DNA of 64,000 bases from Lingula anatina (Eukaryota; Animalia; Brachiopoda), in NCBI GenBank assembly GCA_051362555.1, contig CM120647.1:15290651-15354650 (forward strand), written 5' to 3'. Both the position numbers and the translations under genes were made by a program. Below, one piece after another: positions 13,251-26,790 of this stretch (the first letter of the stretch is position 1; each line of letters starts with the position of its first letter). The notes beneath the pieces were generated by a model. That model saw only the letters and a list, made by a program, of their open reading frames with translations, was not told the DNA's origin and searched no databases.

Positions 13251-14376
13251 AGCGCCAACATCTGAACACCAGCTTCATTTTTGTCTATGTGGAGAAATCT
13301 TTAAGGCCTGAAAGTCCAATAAATGACAAAGAGCACTGTCTTCTTTTAAGTTTTAAGTTTGTTTGTTTTAACGAGCCATGATAGTTCTTAGTTTATCAGT
13401 AGCGAACCTCGTAAAAAAACGCACCGGTCACAAACATGCTAATGGTAATGATTTCTGTCGTGAGTGCCCTAGAGGAAGAAGCTGGTTAAAAGTTTTTAAC
13501 AGGACAAAAGAGAAGCCCCGGGCAGGAAAATCTCTTGCAACAGGTGTATGTTACCGATGGTGGGGAGTTAATGCACACTGTAATATTCATCAAAGACACG
13601 CGATGTGAAAGAGCCTACAGAGCCTGTATACCTCAATCTTTTTTTATTTAATCTTGTTTTCAGAAATGGAGAAAGGCACGATCATCCTGTTAGATAAGCA
13701 GATAAAACACACCCTCAGAATTTACATTATACTTCTTCACTAGGTGTCCAAGAGGTACAGCTTTATTTCCAGATTCGGGTAGAAAAAATAAGAAGGTATT
13801 TTGCCCTCAGCCAATGAGCAGGTCTCACTGCGTTGCTAAATCATTTTAAAACGGTAGAAAAAACCCGACGCAGATTCTGCATGCTGAAAGCATCAGCACA
13901 TTTAAGATGCAAGCCATTTAGCTGGCAGGCAGGGGTGGGGCTTTCCTGCAGATATACAGATAAAACTCAGTATGCAACACCTTTTTTCCAAATGAAAAAG
14001 CATTACACAGCTCAAGATTACAAAACCGAAATTCTTAACCAGATTTAATTTGCTGTCTATTCAAATTTAGTATTGCTTGGGCATTCTACATAGATATTAT
14101 CGATTTTGAAAATGACGAATCACGTGTTATTTTTATTTTGAGAGAGAACTTTATAAGAGAAACGCCAACATGTACAATACCATTGTGCTGTTTGATCGTG
14201 GTCGCTGCTGGAATAAATAAGACGTTCACCAGCTTTTAAATGTATATTTCTCCTGGTCACGAACATTACCGATGAAGCCATTGGCCATTCCCATATCCCC
14301 TAGGGCTCTGTGCTGGCGTCTACCTCCATTATTTATTTTATCTGTTATTGGATAAATCCCGTGTCGTCAGTCGAGT

Positions 14377-14384
14377 TATAAATA
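14377..14384 (+). promoter_or_regulatory. Candidate TATA box of paralog 4
   Basis: TATAAATA about 100 bp upstream of ATG 14480. The background is AT-rich, so this is weak evidence. Confidence 0.3.
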
Positions 14385-14479
14385 AAGCTGCGATATTCTT
14401 TCCTTTTTCTATTATATTTGAAGTTTCGTAGATCCAGTGTCGACCGAAAGCACAATCTACGTCACCATAGTAGGCCAGT

Positions 14480-17400
14480 ATGTCTGAGGCGGACCAAAAC
14501 GTCCCTTCTAGCGAGAAAAACATTATGCCATCCAACGGAACAACCCATCCGGAAAATCCGGAGGCTCACGTTATTGATGTCAACAACGACAAATTGGACG
14601 GCCAAGAAGACCCGCAGGATCACGAAAAGAGCGACAGCTTAGAGAAAAAATTAGAGAGCGAACTGAGCAATTCTAAAGTGTGGTGGGTGTGGCCCATAAT
14701 CTTGATGACTTTTCTGATCATAATCGGCTGCGCGGCCTACATAACATATTACTTTTTACAAGGTAAGTGATAATCCAAACTTGTTTCGGTACAAAACACG
14801 CTTTCATAATGTTTTAGTTAACGGCGAATGTTTACAAGACCGACGGCTTTCAAACTCTTTCAAACCCACCCAGTCTGGCTGTAGAAAAAGCGACATATAC
14901 ACTGTAGGCCTAACACTGCATTATTTGACGGTACCATGATATTAGCTTTGTTCGGTTGCATCAGATTCAATGACCATTAGTGAAATAGAACAATTTCTGT
15001 TCTCTTGCAAACCCTGCCCAACCTGCTTTAGGTGATGATTTATAGATATCAGATGAGTACTAGCTCAATAAATAATATTATATGTATAATCGAACAATTT
15101 CTTTGCTTGGACATATACTTCGTCAGACAAACAACCCGTAGCCCTCCTTAACAGATAGATATTTTTCGGGCCCTGACTTGAATATTTATCTCCTCTACCA
15201 TTCCCAGCTTGGCCTCGTCAAGTGATTTTCTTTACATTTTCTGATTTTAAATTGGATGGGACTCTCGCAAACGCCATGATTCTTGAAGAAATATTCAAAT
15301 TAACTTTGACTCTCGTTTTGTCACGCGAGATGAACACGGGCACCATTTTGCTGAGATTTGGTGGTGAGGCCGGTGTAACAGGGATGGAAGTCCGCTAGGA
15401 ACCGTAGTTCGCTTTCCATTACTTTGTACAGGTGACATTGGTCCCATATACTAACCCCAATGCTCCAACTAACCCTTACCGATACTAAGCATACGGGAGC
15501 CGGACTTGCATTCCTAGGATTGCCATCCCTGATACACCTGTCAGCACTACGCCGCAATTATCAACTTTTATAATCACACATTTTAAATGATATATTTTCT
15601 GTTGTGGGGAGTTAATTCACTTGGTCGAGGGTTGACCCTCATGGTCTATTTGAACCAATTTTGCATTTGAGATCTCAAGTGGCGGCACGTTCAGGTTGAA
15701 AGTGAAGGAGGAGATACAGGTGTTGTTATATACTCTTAGTACAACAGATATAAATAGGGACCAACTGGAACAATTACGTAAAAGATGACGCAGTTATTTA
15801 GATGCATAAGCCTACCAAAGAAAAGTCAATCCACACTACTGAATTCTCAAAAGTTACATTAAATAGTTCTAAAATTCAATAAAACTGCCACTACGTATTC
15901 TGTGGTCCGCACTTTATTAATATCATGATCTTCGTTAAATGTGCACACACTAAGACAAAATGGTGTATACGAGAAACAATTATACTATACTCAGAAAATA
16001 ACAACAGTGCAATTTATACATATATTATTACTTCTATTCTTTTACGCGCCATCATATAATTATATTATTCTAAAAGTCTCCGTATAATTTTTCTAGTTGC
16101 ATTCTGGAGGATGAGAAGTCTTGGCTAAATACACAATGGAAGGATACGACGATTTCAGGCATTTTTTCTAAAATAAATAAACTTAATTTACAAATAGTGA
16201 AGATCGAAAAAAGAATCTCTTAACGCTTACTGTATAAAAATACAAACACTGGTTCGGACAAAATAATAATAATGATAATAATAATAATAATAATAATATA
16301 CCGCCACAGTTAGAAGTACTTTTAAATGGATGCGGCCCACTATTTAGTATTTCAGGCTTTTTCTAATGACAAAAACAAGTAAGTACATAAATAAATGCAT
16401 GGTGCAGTGGTCTAAAGAAACTGTGGTTCCGAATAATAGGGAGTCTGCCCTCTATTAGATTCACACGAATTAGATAAAGCGTGGCGTATGTGAGTGCCTC
16501 AAAATCTATTATACCGGCAGAATTACTGGTAGAATACGATGGGAACGTGCCTCTGTGTCAACATAAGGGCTCTCCCCTGCATGATGATGGAGGATAGAGT
16601 GTCTCAATCAAAGCAGTCCTCTTCATCACTTCCGTCATCACAGTCCAGGTATTCATCACACAGCCACCTAGATTTTATACACTCCCCATCTCGGCACTGA
16701 AAATACGTCGAATCAAAACACGTGCAGTTTCCTTCGTCACTTCCGTCGAGACAATCGTCATCGAGGTCACAGTACGAGAACCCCATGATACAGTTACCGT
16801 TATCGCAGCGAAACTGCGACTCCCCGCACGAGGAGCAGTTGCGTTCGTCGCTCTGGTCATAGCAGTCTCTTTTTCCGTCACATACTTTGTGAGGTGCAAT
16901 ACATAGGGTGTTTCCCACGCACCTGAAATCGGTGCTATTACAACACATGTCTTCTTCTTCATCACGTCCATCTTTGCAGTGAGAGTACCCGTCACAAAAT
17001 ACAGCGCTTTTGTCAGGAAAGCAAAAATCACCGGGTCCACAGTAAAGGCCTTCACACAACTCCGAGCAGTTTCTTTCGTCACTTCCGTCACCACACGAAT
17101 CAAAAAGGTTGCACACTTGTGATTCGTAAATACATAAGCCGTTGTCGCAGACAAAACCATCACACGTGCAGTTGCCTTCGTCACTGCCGTCGTCACAGTC
17201 CAACCACTGGTCACAGACCCAATGTGACTTGATGCACTTGCCGTCGCCGCACTCAAAACCGTCGCATACGCACATGGTCGCCTTCTCGTCGCTTCCGTCC
17301 CCGCAGTCGTCCATGCCATCACACACCCAGAAATTGAAAATGCATTTGCCATTAGCGCACGGAAATTGGTCGCACTCGCAGTCCGCTTCGTCGCTCCCGT

Positions 17401-19571
17401 CCTCACAGTCCTCGCTCCCGTCGCATTCCGAACCAGATTGGGCGCACTGTCCGTTGGAGCACTGGTAGTGCCCGTGACTGGCGCAGTCGCAGTTCCACTC
17501 GTCCGTACCATCTCCACAGTCGTCGGTTAAATCGCACGTGTTTAACTTCGACACACACTTGGTATTGTTGCACTGGATCTCCCTGTCTGCGTCACAATAG
17601 AAACACCCGCTTTCGTCACTTCCGTCTTGACAATCTCGAATTCTGTCGCACAGGAGAGACGTCCACACACACTCGCCGTTTGCGCACTGGGTCTGCAGTC
17701 GCCCGCACGCTGTTGGGCAGTGTATTTCGTCACTTCCGTCAACGCAATCGTCACGTCTGTTACACCTTAGTGCAATTGCAATAATTGCCCCGCTATCACA
17801 CCGATAATGTGACTGGCCCAAAGGTTTTCCATTAATAGTGCATTGAGGTTCCTTCGCCCCATTCGTTTTTGTTAGGGAGAGTATCCGAGTTGTTTCTTCG
17901 TTGAAGTTGTACCAGTCACAACGAGGGGGGCCTGAAATAAATGGCAGTCCAGAAATGTCCGATATCAAAATCATCTCAATTTTCTCTAAAATAAAATGAC
18001 ATGTACTATTGTTTGAGGTGTAGCTTACCGGTAGTCAGTGACGCCGCAGAGGTCAATTCAGTGCAGAACGATGTTGTGTTGATTCCCATCTTCGTCATCT
18101 CTTTCTGGCAGGCTTTTGTAACGACTGCAAGAATAGAACACATTTCATGACCAAGTGAAACTCTTCTAACACTAATGCTTTTGCTCATTTTGCAGCCCCG
18201 CGTATTTTGTTATTTTTATTTTTGTTGTTGTTGTTGTTATGGATCCTTATGATGTCCAGAATGTGTGTTTGGCCATTTGAAGTCATCAACAGATGTGGTA
18301 AAAAACTTCCAACAAGCACAATTACTTAATTTAAGTATTTCAATATAAAGGGATAAAATTAAAACAAAATACAGCACTTTTTAATGATAGATGTAAAATT
18401 ATAAAACAAAACAAAAAACGGTATTATAGCTTACATGTGCAAATATCCGTACAAGGCAGAACCGAAGATACTCTTCCGTTGTTGTCATGGTAACATCTCG
18501 GAAACATGACGTCACACAGGAATGGCAACAGATACAAAGAACAGGAAGGGCATAACACCATAGACTGCATTGCTAAGTATGTACTCGATTCCATAACATC
18601 TTTCTGGCAGAAAAAGAAAAAAATCAACGTAAATAAAATTCCCTTTGTGTTTTTATAATTGTTCTGTTACGCATAAGAAAATAGACAAATAAGCACTGTT
18701 ACCATGATGTATTCTAGCAGACAAACAATACGAAGTTACCAAATCTAATTTAAATTCGATGATCTATTCCTTTCAGCTTGCCTCATTCATTTTGAACTAT
18801 ATGTACGTATATATTTGTTTGCTTATAAATAGATAATGCAAGAGTTCAACTCACAATGTCCTTATGACCAAAAAAGTTGGGAAATCCTGCGGCTGCGGTT
18901 TGGACACCTGGACATAAAGTGGCATTCACTACAATACAGGGCTCTAGCTTCTTTACACCTGAACAACCAAAATAACACAAACTTAATTTCGCACTTAATA
19001 TACACACAATAACAATTGTGGGTTACCCTTGAAAGGAAAAGCCCAGCAATCCAAAACCAAGTTATACAAATGGCGTGCTTGATTTGACTGATTTGACCCA
19101 CCGAGTCCAATTTGATGGACGATCACCTACCGCATGCTTCAAATTGTTAATGAGATATAATAATTTTTGCCAGTTGATGACACATTTAGAGGTTATGAAT
19201 GAATTGAGTGAAAGTTTGGTCAAAAGCATTGAGTACCAGGTATTAGCATAAAGTTATCACAGACAACTGTTCTTTTTTTATATAAATCAATGGTACATGT
19301 AGGACTTCAACACCAACAGAGGACATCGGTGAAAAAATTATTTTTACAGAATCAGTGTAAAATGACTTCTTGATACCAGTGTGATGGCACAGTGATGTTT
19401 GCTGCGAGTTGTAGATGGTATACTTAAGAGAATTTGTGAAAGAAAATAGTATGTGTCTTAACTTGATATACACAGGTGACTTTAAATATTTGTTTAGCAT
19501 TAAGAAGGCAACAGGATGAAAGATGTATGCAATGGAAACGCTACAAAATTAACGATTAAACGAAAAAGCAA

Positions 19572-19618
<47 letters not shown>

Positions 19619-22600
19619 AAAATCCACTCACCGGCATCCGCGAAGTAGGCAACAACACCAATACCGGTTACAATGGCAGCAATCAACAAGGCAACCATAG
19701 GCATCAAACACCAATCTCTTTCAAGGTGGGATTTGAGACTCTCTCGGTCTGTGTCCGTGAGTTCCTTGCTGCCGCTAGTGTCCGTGCTCTTTAGGCTCTC
19801 CGTGCTGTTATCGGATGTCTTCATATCAACTCCTTCTTGATCATCTTCTTGACCATGTGTCGCAGTGCTCACGCCAACCGAATCGGGACACTGGTCATTG
19901 TCCTTGACCACATCATGCGTGGTGTCATTAGGGAGAGGGGTCTCCATGTTAAGCTTCCTTTCAGGGGAAATTATATCGGGCTGTATTTTCTAAAGTGCTT
20001 TCAAAGTCTCACAAAACTCTCGCAGAGAAGAAAAGTTTTCTATATGCAGTTCAGAATATAAGCTCAGGAGCTTCCAAAGACGCAGACCAGTATCCAGAAG
20101 GCGCCAAAACACGTCTCTTTAAAAAAAAACTTCTTTCAAGCAGATGAAAAAGTGGCCGGTTGATCTATTTCTCTGTCGTGAACCACATTGCCGCTTTTGA
20201 GAAGCATGCAAACAGTTCACATAATACCGGCTTGGTTCTTCGTATGGTTACAAAAATATCCTCTGGTATTTATTGAAGTGCCACCCGTGAGGTAATGGAC
20301 TGACGAGGCGTCTAAGGATAGTGAAGGGCATGATCGCCTCTGGGATAATAAAAAAATGGGCACATCTGCTTAGGCAGTGGACTTAAGTGGGTTTAAGGAT
20401 ATTGTGCGGCGCGACTGCCCTTGGGATAAGAACTGACTGGGCACCAATACGAAAGTGCAATACTTGGAAATACATCATTATGACAGGTGCAGGGGACTTA
20501 GATATGCACTGGTAATGGGCACCTGAGGTTAAATTTTCTCTGGAAGTCACTAAAATATCATTTATGTACAGATGTTTGTTTTATTTGTTGATACGTCAGT
20601 TGTTAACCTGAAAAGAACGCTGCGTGAAACAAAGGAAAATTGTTTTCGGTCGTTTGTGAACGAACAGCGAAATTACTTCTGGATGGAATTAATGAACAGT
20701 TATCGATGCCTTGTCGGGTCATTGGACAGTCATATTGGTTTGTCGTTACTGGGTAATATAAGATCTGTTTGGGTTCTTGGATATCTTAGATTACATGTAC
20801 TTTCGAACCCAGCTCAAAATATACATTTATTCTTTGTTGGTAGCAGGTTGTGGCGCATTTATAAACGTACATTAGCACGCACTGATTGGTCGTCCTATAA
20901 GAAATAATTAACTGCCCCATTCTTTTTATAGATTGGTACTGGTCCGATTTGTACTGTCCTATTTATAGATTTAACCTCCCGTACTGACAACAACCAATTA
21001 ACGCTTGTCAACGAAAATTTTCATGGTCCATCTATTTGTCATATATTTTTCATATCTGTCTTAGACAAATACTGTGATGTCCGGTCTGTGTAAAGCCGAG
21101 ACTTTGTCAAGAGGAGCTCTGGATAAATGTTGGAAAATCATCACCTGCTGGCGTTTAATGTATTGCATCTGTTTTTTTTTTTTTTTTTTTTTTTTTTTTG
21201 TTTTTTGTCGATTATGGCAAATAACTCACTGTTTTTAAAAGAACTTCATGTTATATTTCTCCAGCTGTCAAAAGACTGTGTATCTCAATTCATGACACGG
21301 AAACCAAGTAAAAACTATAGATCTAAGGGTGCTTTTTAAAAATATCAAGTTGTTTTTTATTCTCTCTCCTTACCGACATCCGGCATCTGTTTTGTACTTT
21401 CACATTAATTTTTGTTGTAATGTGTTGAATACGTCTCCTCCTTGACTTTCTATTGTTTAGATCAAAAAATTTATTCATATATCTCTATGGTGTTTATTAT
21501 TCGCGAACACTTTAAAGATGTATCCATTTATGGTTATATACACGTTATTTCGAGTTAATATAAAGAGAAGTAGATCAAAATGTGTGTCAAAATGTGTGTA
21601 ACGTCCAAGAAAAATAATATTACTTCAAACTAGTATTTATTAACAATGCATTTTTCTTTGACAATTTATTAGAATTTTATTTTATTAACAATACATTGGA
21701 AATGGCGGTAAAAGTTTGGGAAACTTCAAACCTATGACTTCCTGCTTGGGTTGCTGATGGGTGCTCTCTGATAACAGGTATCGCCACCGATCTGTCTTTA
21801 AACTGTCGAGACCATTCTTCAGTTATGTTATAGGCTGTACTCGAGGTCCCTGTGATATCTGAGGGTAGCCAATTCGTACTTCATGGGTGCCGTAATGGCT
21901 ATTTTAAAGCCGAATGTGGGTCTAAATATGGGTCCACTGAATGGTGACCCACAAGAAACCCTTTGGCCTCCTGGGACCCCTTTTCTGCTTTATTTCAAAA
22001 GATGAAAAAAAAAACACTGTTAATACGTTGAAACACCAGCCGAACCGTCAATTAGTGACGTTCTAGAAATCGTCCTGTGACAGATAATTTCAGCCTAGCA
22101 ATAGTTTAAGTATTTTTATACACATCTCTTCTCCTTTTACTTTATTTCACTAGCAAATGAGTAACATAGGGACAGACAGGTTTACTGGTTTAAAACCGTT
22201 AGATGTTACGTAAAGTAACGCCTCATATAACAATGTGTAGCAATACTTAAAAAAACATTTCTTGGCTGATTTCAGGAAGTAAATTCTTGCTAATGCTTTT
22301 TGCCAATGCTTAAATGGCACCGCCCCAGGCACTAATTCTCATGAAGCAGGTGCTCTTAAAATCAATTAGTTATACAAAGTCTGCTAAATAGGTGAAAAAC
22401 CTCTTATATATTCGTGTAGGATTAAAATCGAGAAAGCAAGAATCCTCAAGGCATTGTTCTTTATTTACCTAACTCACGGTAATAGAACAGTAAGGGGTGC
22501 TGTCAAAACGCACGGGGCAGTAGTCGGCAATTTCGATCAAAGATGATTTTTTTCTGGAGAAATGTAACTTTTTAGCTTCTTAGTTGACCCAACTTGAATA

Positions 22601-23796
22601 TAATGGCAAAGAGCCTAGATTAAATTTTGATACAGAGCGGACCGGTCGTTTCTGGTTCTATTATTAATATCAGAAGAGCATGTACAACAACAATTCACAC
22701 TTATTGATAATATTTATATGGGCCGATTAAAACCCTCTGTTCTTTTCGAACTGCTTAATGTACTTTAAAGATTATTCTATTGTACCACACATGTAAAATT
22801 GGGGCCCAAATGTACCCATTAACTAAAACGTCTTTCTGTTTGTCACCAGGCAAATAAAACTGCTCTTTGGGCGTGGGTTTTTGCTCTTCATGATGTCATA
22901 TGCTCTATGAATGAATAAATTACAACAACTGAAGTACTTTTGATATGAAATCTATCCATTCAAAGAAGTTGATGCAATTAAAGACTTTTAAAAATTTACA
23001 AAAAAAAAAAAAAAAAAAAAAAAAAAAGGAGAGCTTGTAAAATTCTTCACTACATATACATGTATTTGTTTTTTAGTTGGACCTAAAAAGTGTGAGTACC
23101 ACGACGTCCCGATGTGCCCAGGTGTCAGCTTTGGGGGTGTCATGTTTCCTAACACACTAGGGCATCAAGATCTGGTAAGTAGACATAGGAACGTCAAGAT
23201 GATAAATGGTAGACATATAGGGTGTACAATGGCAAATATAGTATGGATGAAGAATTACAATGTATATTTTTATTCTTTTATCACTTCTCTCTCTCTCTGT
23301 CTCTCTCTCTCTCTCTCGCACACAGTAGAATTAAATGAAATAAATGAGAAATTACTATTACTCCTACATGTGCTACTACTAGTACTACCACTAGTAAAAA
23401 TAATGAAAATTAAGAAATGAAGAAAGAAAGAAAGAAACAAAAGATAAAAAGAACAGATGATAGAAAAATCGATAAATAAAGAAAATAAAATAAAGTAAAT
23501 CAGGGTAAGACTGCACATCGACCACTATGCTGTTTGTATTTTTATTTAGGCCACAGCAATGAAATCCGCCATGTATTCGTCGCTGGAGAGCACGGTCCCT
23601 TGCTTTAACTGTTCTGAGTACCTCGTTCTCGTGATTTGTGACAAGTTGTTCCCACCCTGCCGCCATGATGCCCAAGGCCGTGAGTTGTTGGCTTCGACCT
23701 GTGCTGATACGTGCACAGGTAAGGTTATTGTTTCGAAATGTCTGTCGACTTTGAATAGTCTTTTAGTTTTTTTTACTTTAGAATACACTTTACTCC

Positions 23797-23837
<41 letters not shown>

Positions 23838-26286
23838 ACACACACACACACACACACACACACGTCAACCATCTGCTACAGACTTTGTTGATAAGGTGAA
23901 AAAATAACCATAAGACCGGGGAAACGTGACAGAGAGTCCCCCATGATAGAGCGTCTGCTTCCCATCCACATGTGCAGGTAAATCTCGCCCTAGATTTTCA
24001 CCCACCTAAGTCAGACTAACCTTAACCGTGATAACTAAATGGAGGGTGGGCATTCAGTTACACGGACCCTCAGTTTCGTTACAGCGAATTCGAAATTCTT
24101 TTGACACCTTGATATTTCTAGTTAAAAGTCGTAACTATCCAAATAAACAATCTAAGGAAAACACGCTCCTGGGACTACTCTTAATCTTGAGGATCTTTAA
24201 GCAATTGCTTTAACTCATTTTATTCTCTGTGTATATAACGCTCTGTTACTTAAGATGATAAACTTGTATATCAATGCACATAATACAATTATGAATATAT
24301 ATGTTCTTGCAGCTGCGGTGGCTTCCTGCCAGGCAGAACTGCAGTATATGGGGATCGAAAAAGACAACTTATGCACTGGTATGGAGAATGCTTCTTCTGA
24401 CCATCTCGGTAAGATCGCACGTTCGCTTCATGATAATAGCTTCAAAATTTTTCATCGAGGTATACATCGTCATTTTTTTAAAAATAAGAATAAGATGAAA
24501 AATGTTTTCATTTTTGAGCTGATACGAACTTATTTAGTATCACTGGTACAAAATTACACGATTTGCACAATAAGAAACTGAAGACTTCGGCATTAAATTC
24601 AACTGATGGACATATGAATTAATGTCTTTCAAATAAGTTTTTAATCTATACAATATATATTCTAGCTTTTAAACCAGTGAAAATTTGCTGGTTTCAGATA
24701 TTCCAGACTGTCATTGGCACCAGTGGCCAATGAATGAGACTCGGTCGTCACTTCCGGTTCCGGCTGACTGTACCCAAGTAATGCAGGGATTGGTTGGTAA
24801 TGTAAATAAAAATGTCAAGACCGACTTCCAGTGCAGTAACGGGACGTTCATTCCAGTGACTTTGCTATGTAACGGCCGAGGAGACTGCGCTGACGAAAGT
24901 GACGAACAGAATTGCCCTTCTGTCGGTTGTGGCAGCCTCGAGTTTTCGTGCCAAGATGGCGTTTGCATAGACGCTTCTTTGGTCTGTAACGATAGAAACG
25001 ATTGTGTGAACGGAAGAGACGAGGCGGACTGCCCATGTGATTCATCCGAATTCCGCTGCACAAATGGTCAGTGTGTCCGAAACAGCAAGACCTGTGACGG
25101 CAGTGACGATTGCGGCGACGGAAGTGACGAAATGAACTGCGCGTCAACCTGTGGCTCTTTGTTCACCTGCGGTAACGGCCAATGCATCCCTAGCCGACTG
25201 GAGTGCAACGGGGTCGACAACTGTGGAGATGGCACCGACGAAATTAATTGCAGGTGCGACGGCATGTTTTGCCTTGATGGACGATGCATACAAAATAACC
25301 AGATATGCAATGGGCGCCCTGACTGCGATGACGCACGCGACGAAACCGACTGCCCGTGTGAAGAGTCCGAATTCCGCTGCACGAATAGCACGTGCATCCA
25401 AGACGTCAAGATCTGTGACAGCATCGATGACTGCGGCGACGGAAGTGACGAAACAAACTGCACCATCACGCCGACTTGTGATGCTTTCTACTTCACCTGC
25501 AATAACGGCGAGTGCGTTTATAGGCCATGGCAATGTGATGGGGAAGCTGACTGTGAAGACAGTAGTGATGAGGAGGGTTGCGTGTGCAGCGGCATGTACT
25601 GCGCTGATGACAGCTGCGTACGGCAGGACCAGATCTGCAACTATCGCTCTGATTGCGATGACGGGCGTGACGAAGTGAATTGCACGTGCGACCGTTTTCT
25701 TTGCCATGACGAGTCCGGGTGCGTCTACGACTCTTGGTTGTGTGACGGTGAGGATGACTGCACGGACGGAAGTGACGAAATCAACTGCACCATAACGTGT
25801 GACATGTTCTTATGCGCCAACGGGAAGTGCATTTATACCTTTTGGACGTGCGATCTAACCGACGACTGCGGAGACGGTAGTGACGAAGAGAACTGCACAT
25901 GCGGTGAGTTCCTTTGCGCTAACGGCAAATGCATATACGACAACTGGCACTGCAACGGACTCGACGAGTGCGGTGACGGAAGTGACGAAATAAACTGCAC
26001 GTGCGACGGTTTTGAATGCACTAGAGGAAAATGCATCAGACTTTCGTGGCAGTGTGACGGCGAAGATGACTGCGGGGACCACAGCGACGAGAAAGGCTGC
26101 CCGTGTGAAGAGTCCGAGGTCCGCTGCCCGGATGGGCTGTGCGCCCAAAACAACGAGACGTGCTACGCAGTTGAGTCTCATTGTGGTTCGTTTTTCACCT
26201 GCGCAAACGGCGATTGTATTTTACATTCGTGGGTGTGTGACAAGGAGGATGACTGTGGGGACGGGAGCGATGAAGTGGGTTGCTAG
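14480..26286 (+). CDS. Paralog 4: type II TM + Frizzled CRD + 13 complete and 1 partial LDLa repeats, ~744 aa
   Basis: Exons 14480-14762 (tail+TM, ends CAAG|GTAAGT, phase 1), 23077-23174 ([10 protein letters not shown]...[11 protein letters not shown]), 23550-23718, 24313-24408, 24698-26286; total 2235 nt in frame. Joining exon 1 across the 8.3-kb intron is inferred from phase and homology; exons 2-5 are firmer. Confidence 0.78.
16604..19947 (-). CDS. Paralog 3: type II TM + Frizzled CRD + 11 LDLa repeats, ~670 aa
   Basis: Exons 19947-19632, 18958-18855 ([10 protein letters not shown]...[11 protein letters not shown]), 18603-18435, 18124-18029, 17931-16604. GT-AG introns; total 2013 nt; the LDLa array is colinear with paralog 2 repeat for repeat. 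Confidence 0.87.
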
Positions 26287-26609
26287 TGTGATGTCGTTTA
26301 TTGTGATGATGATCGCCGCAAACAGAATAACGGGACATCCAATCCTCGCCATGGTAATAATGACGTTTGACCAATTACATGATACCTCATAGTGGAACCA
26401 GAGTCGGAAATAGCCTCGCTTTGCAAAATGTAAGCCTACTGAGTAATGTACTCTACGAGCCGCACGAGGTTACCGAAGAACATTAATCAGTTGTTACTGG
26501 GTGAGGAAATAAGTGAGATAAATGGATACAGTTTTCAATATCTCTTAATGAACCAATTCTTGTCAGAACTACTAGACGGACCGTAGCAGACGGTATAAAT
26601 ACGCCGTCA

Positions 26610-26662
26610 ACTTCTAGGAAAATTATTATTAACTATATATAGACTTATAGGAAACTTATAAT

Positions 26663-26739
<77 letters not shown>

Positions 26740-26790
26740 TTAAAGGAAAATTATAATTAACTATATAAGACTTCTAGGATAATTATTATT
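26610..26790. repeat. ~32-bp minisatellite with a long (TA)n expansion in one unit
   Basis: Repeated GACTT[C/A]TAGGAAAATTATAATTAACTATATA units flank the TA run. Confidence 0.75.
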
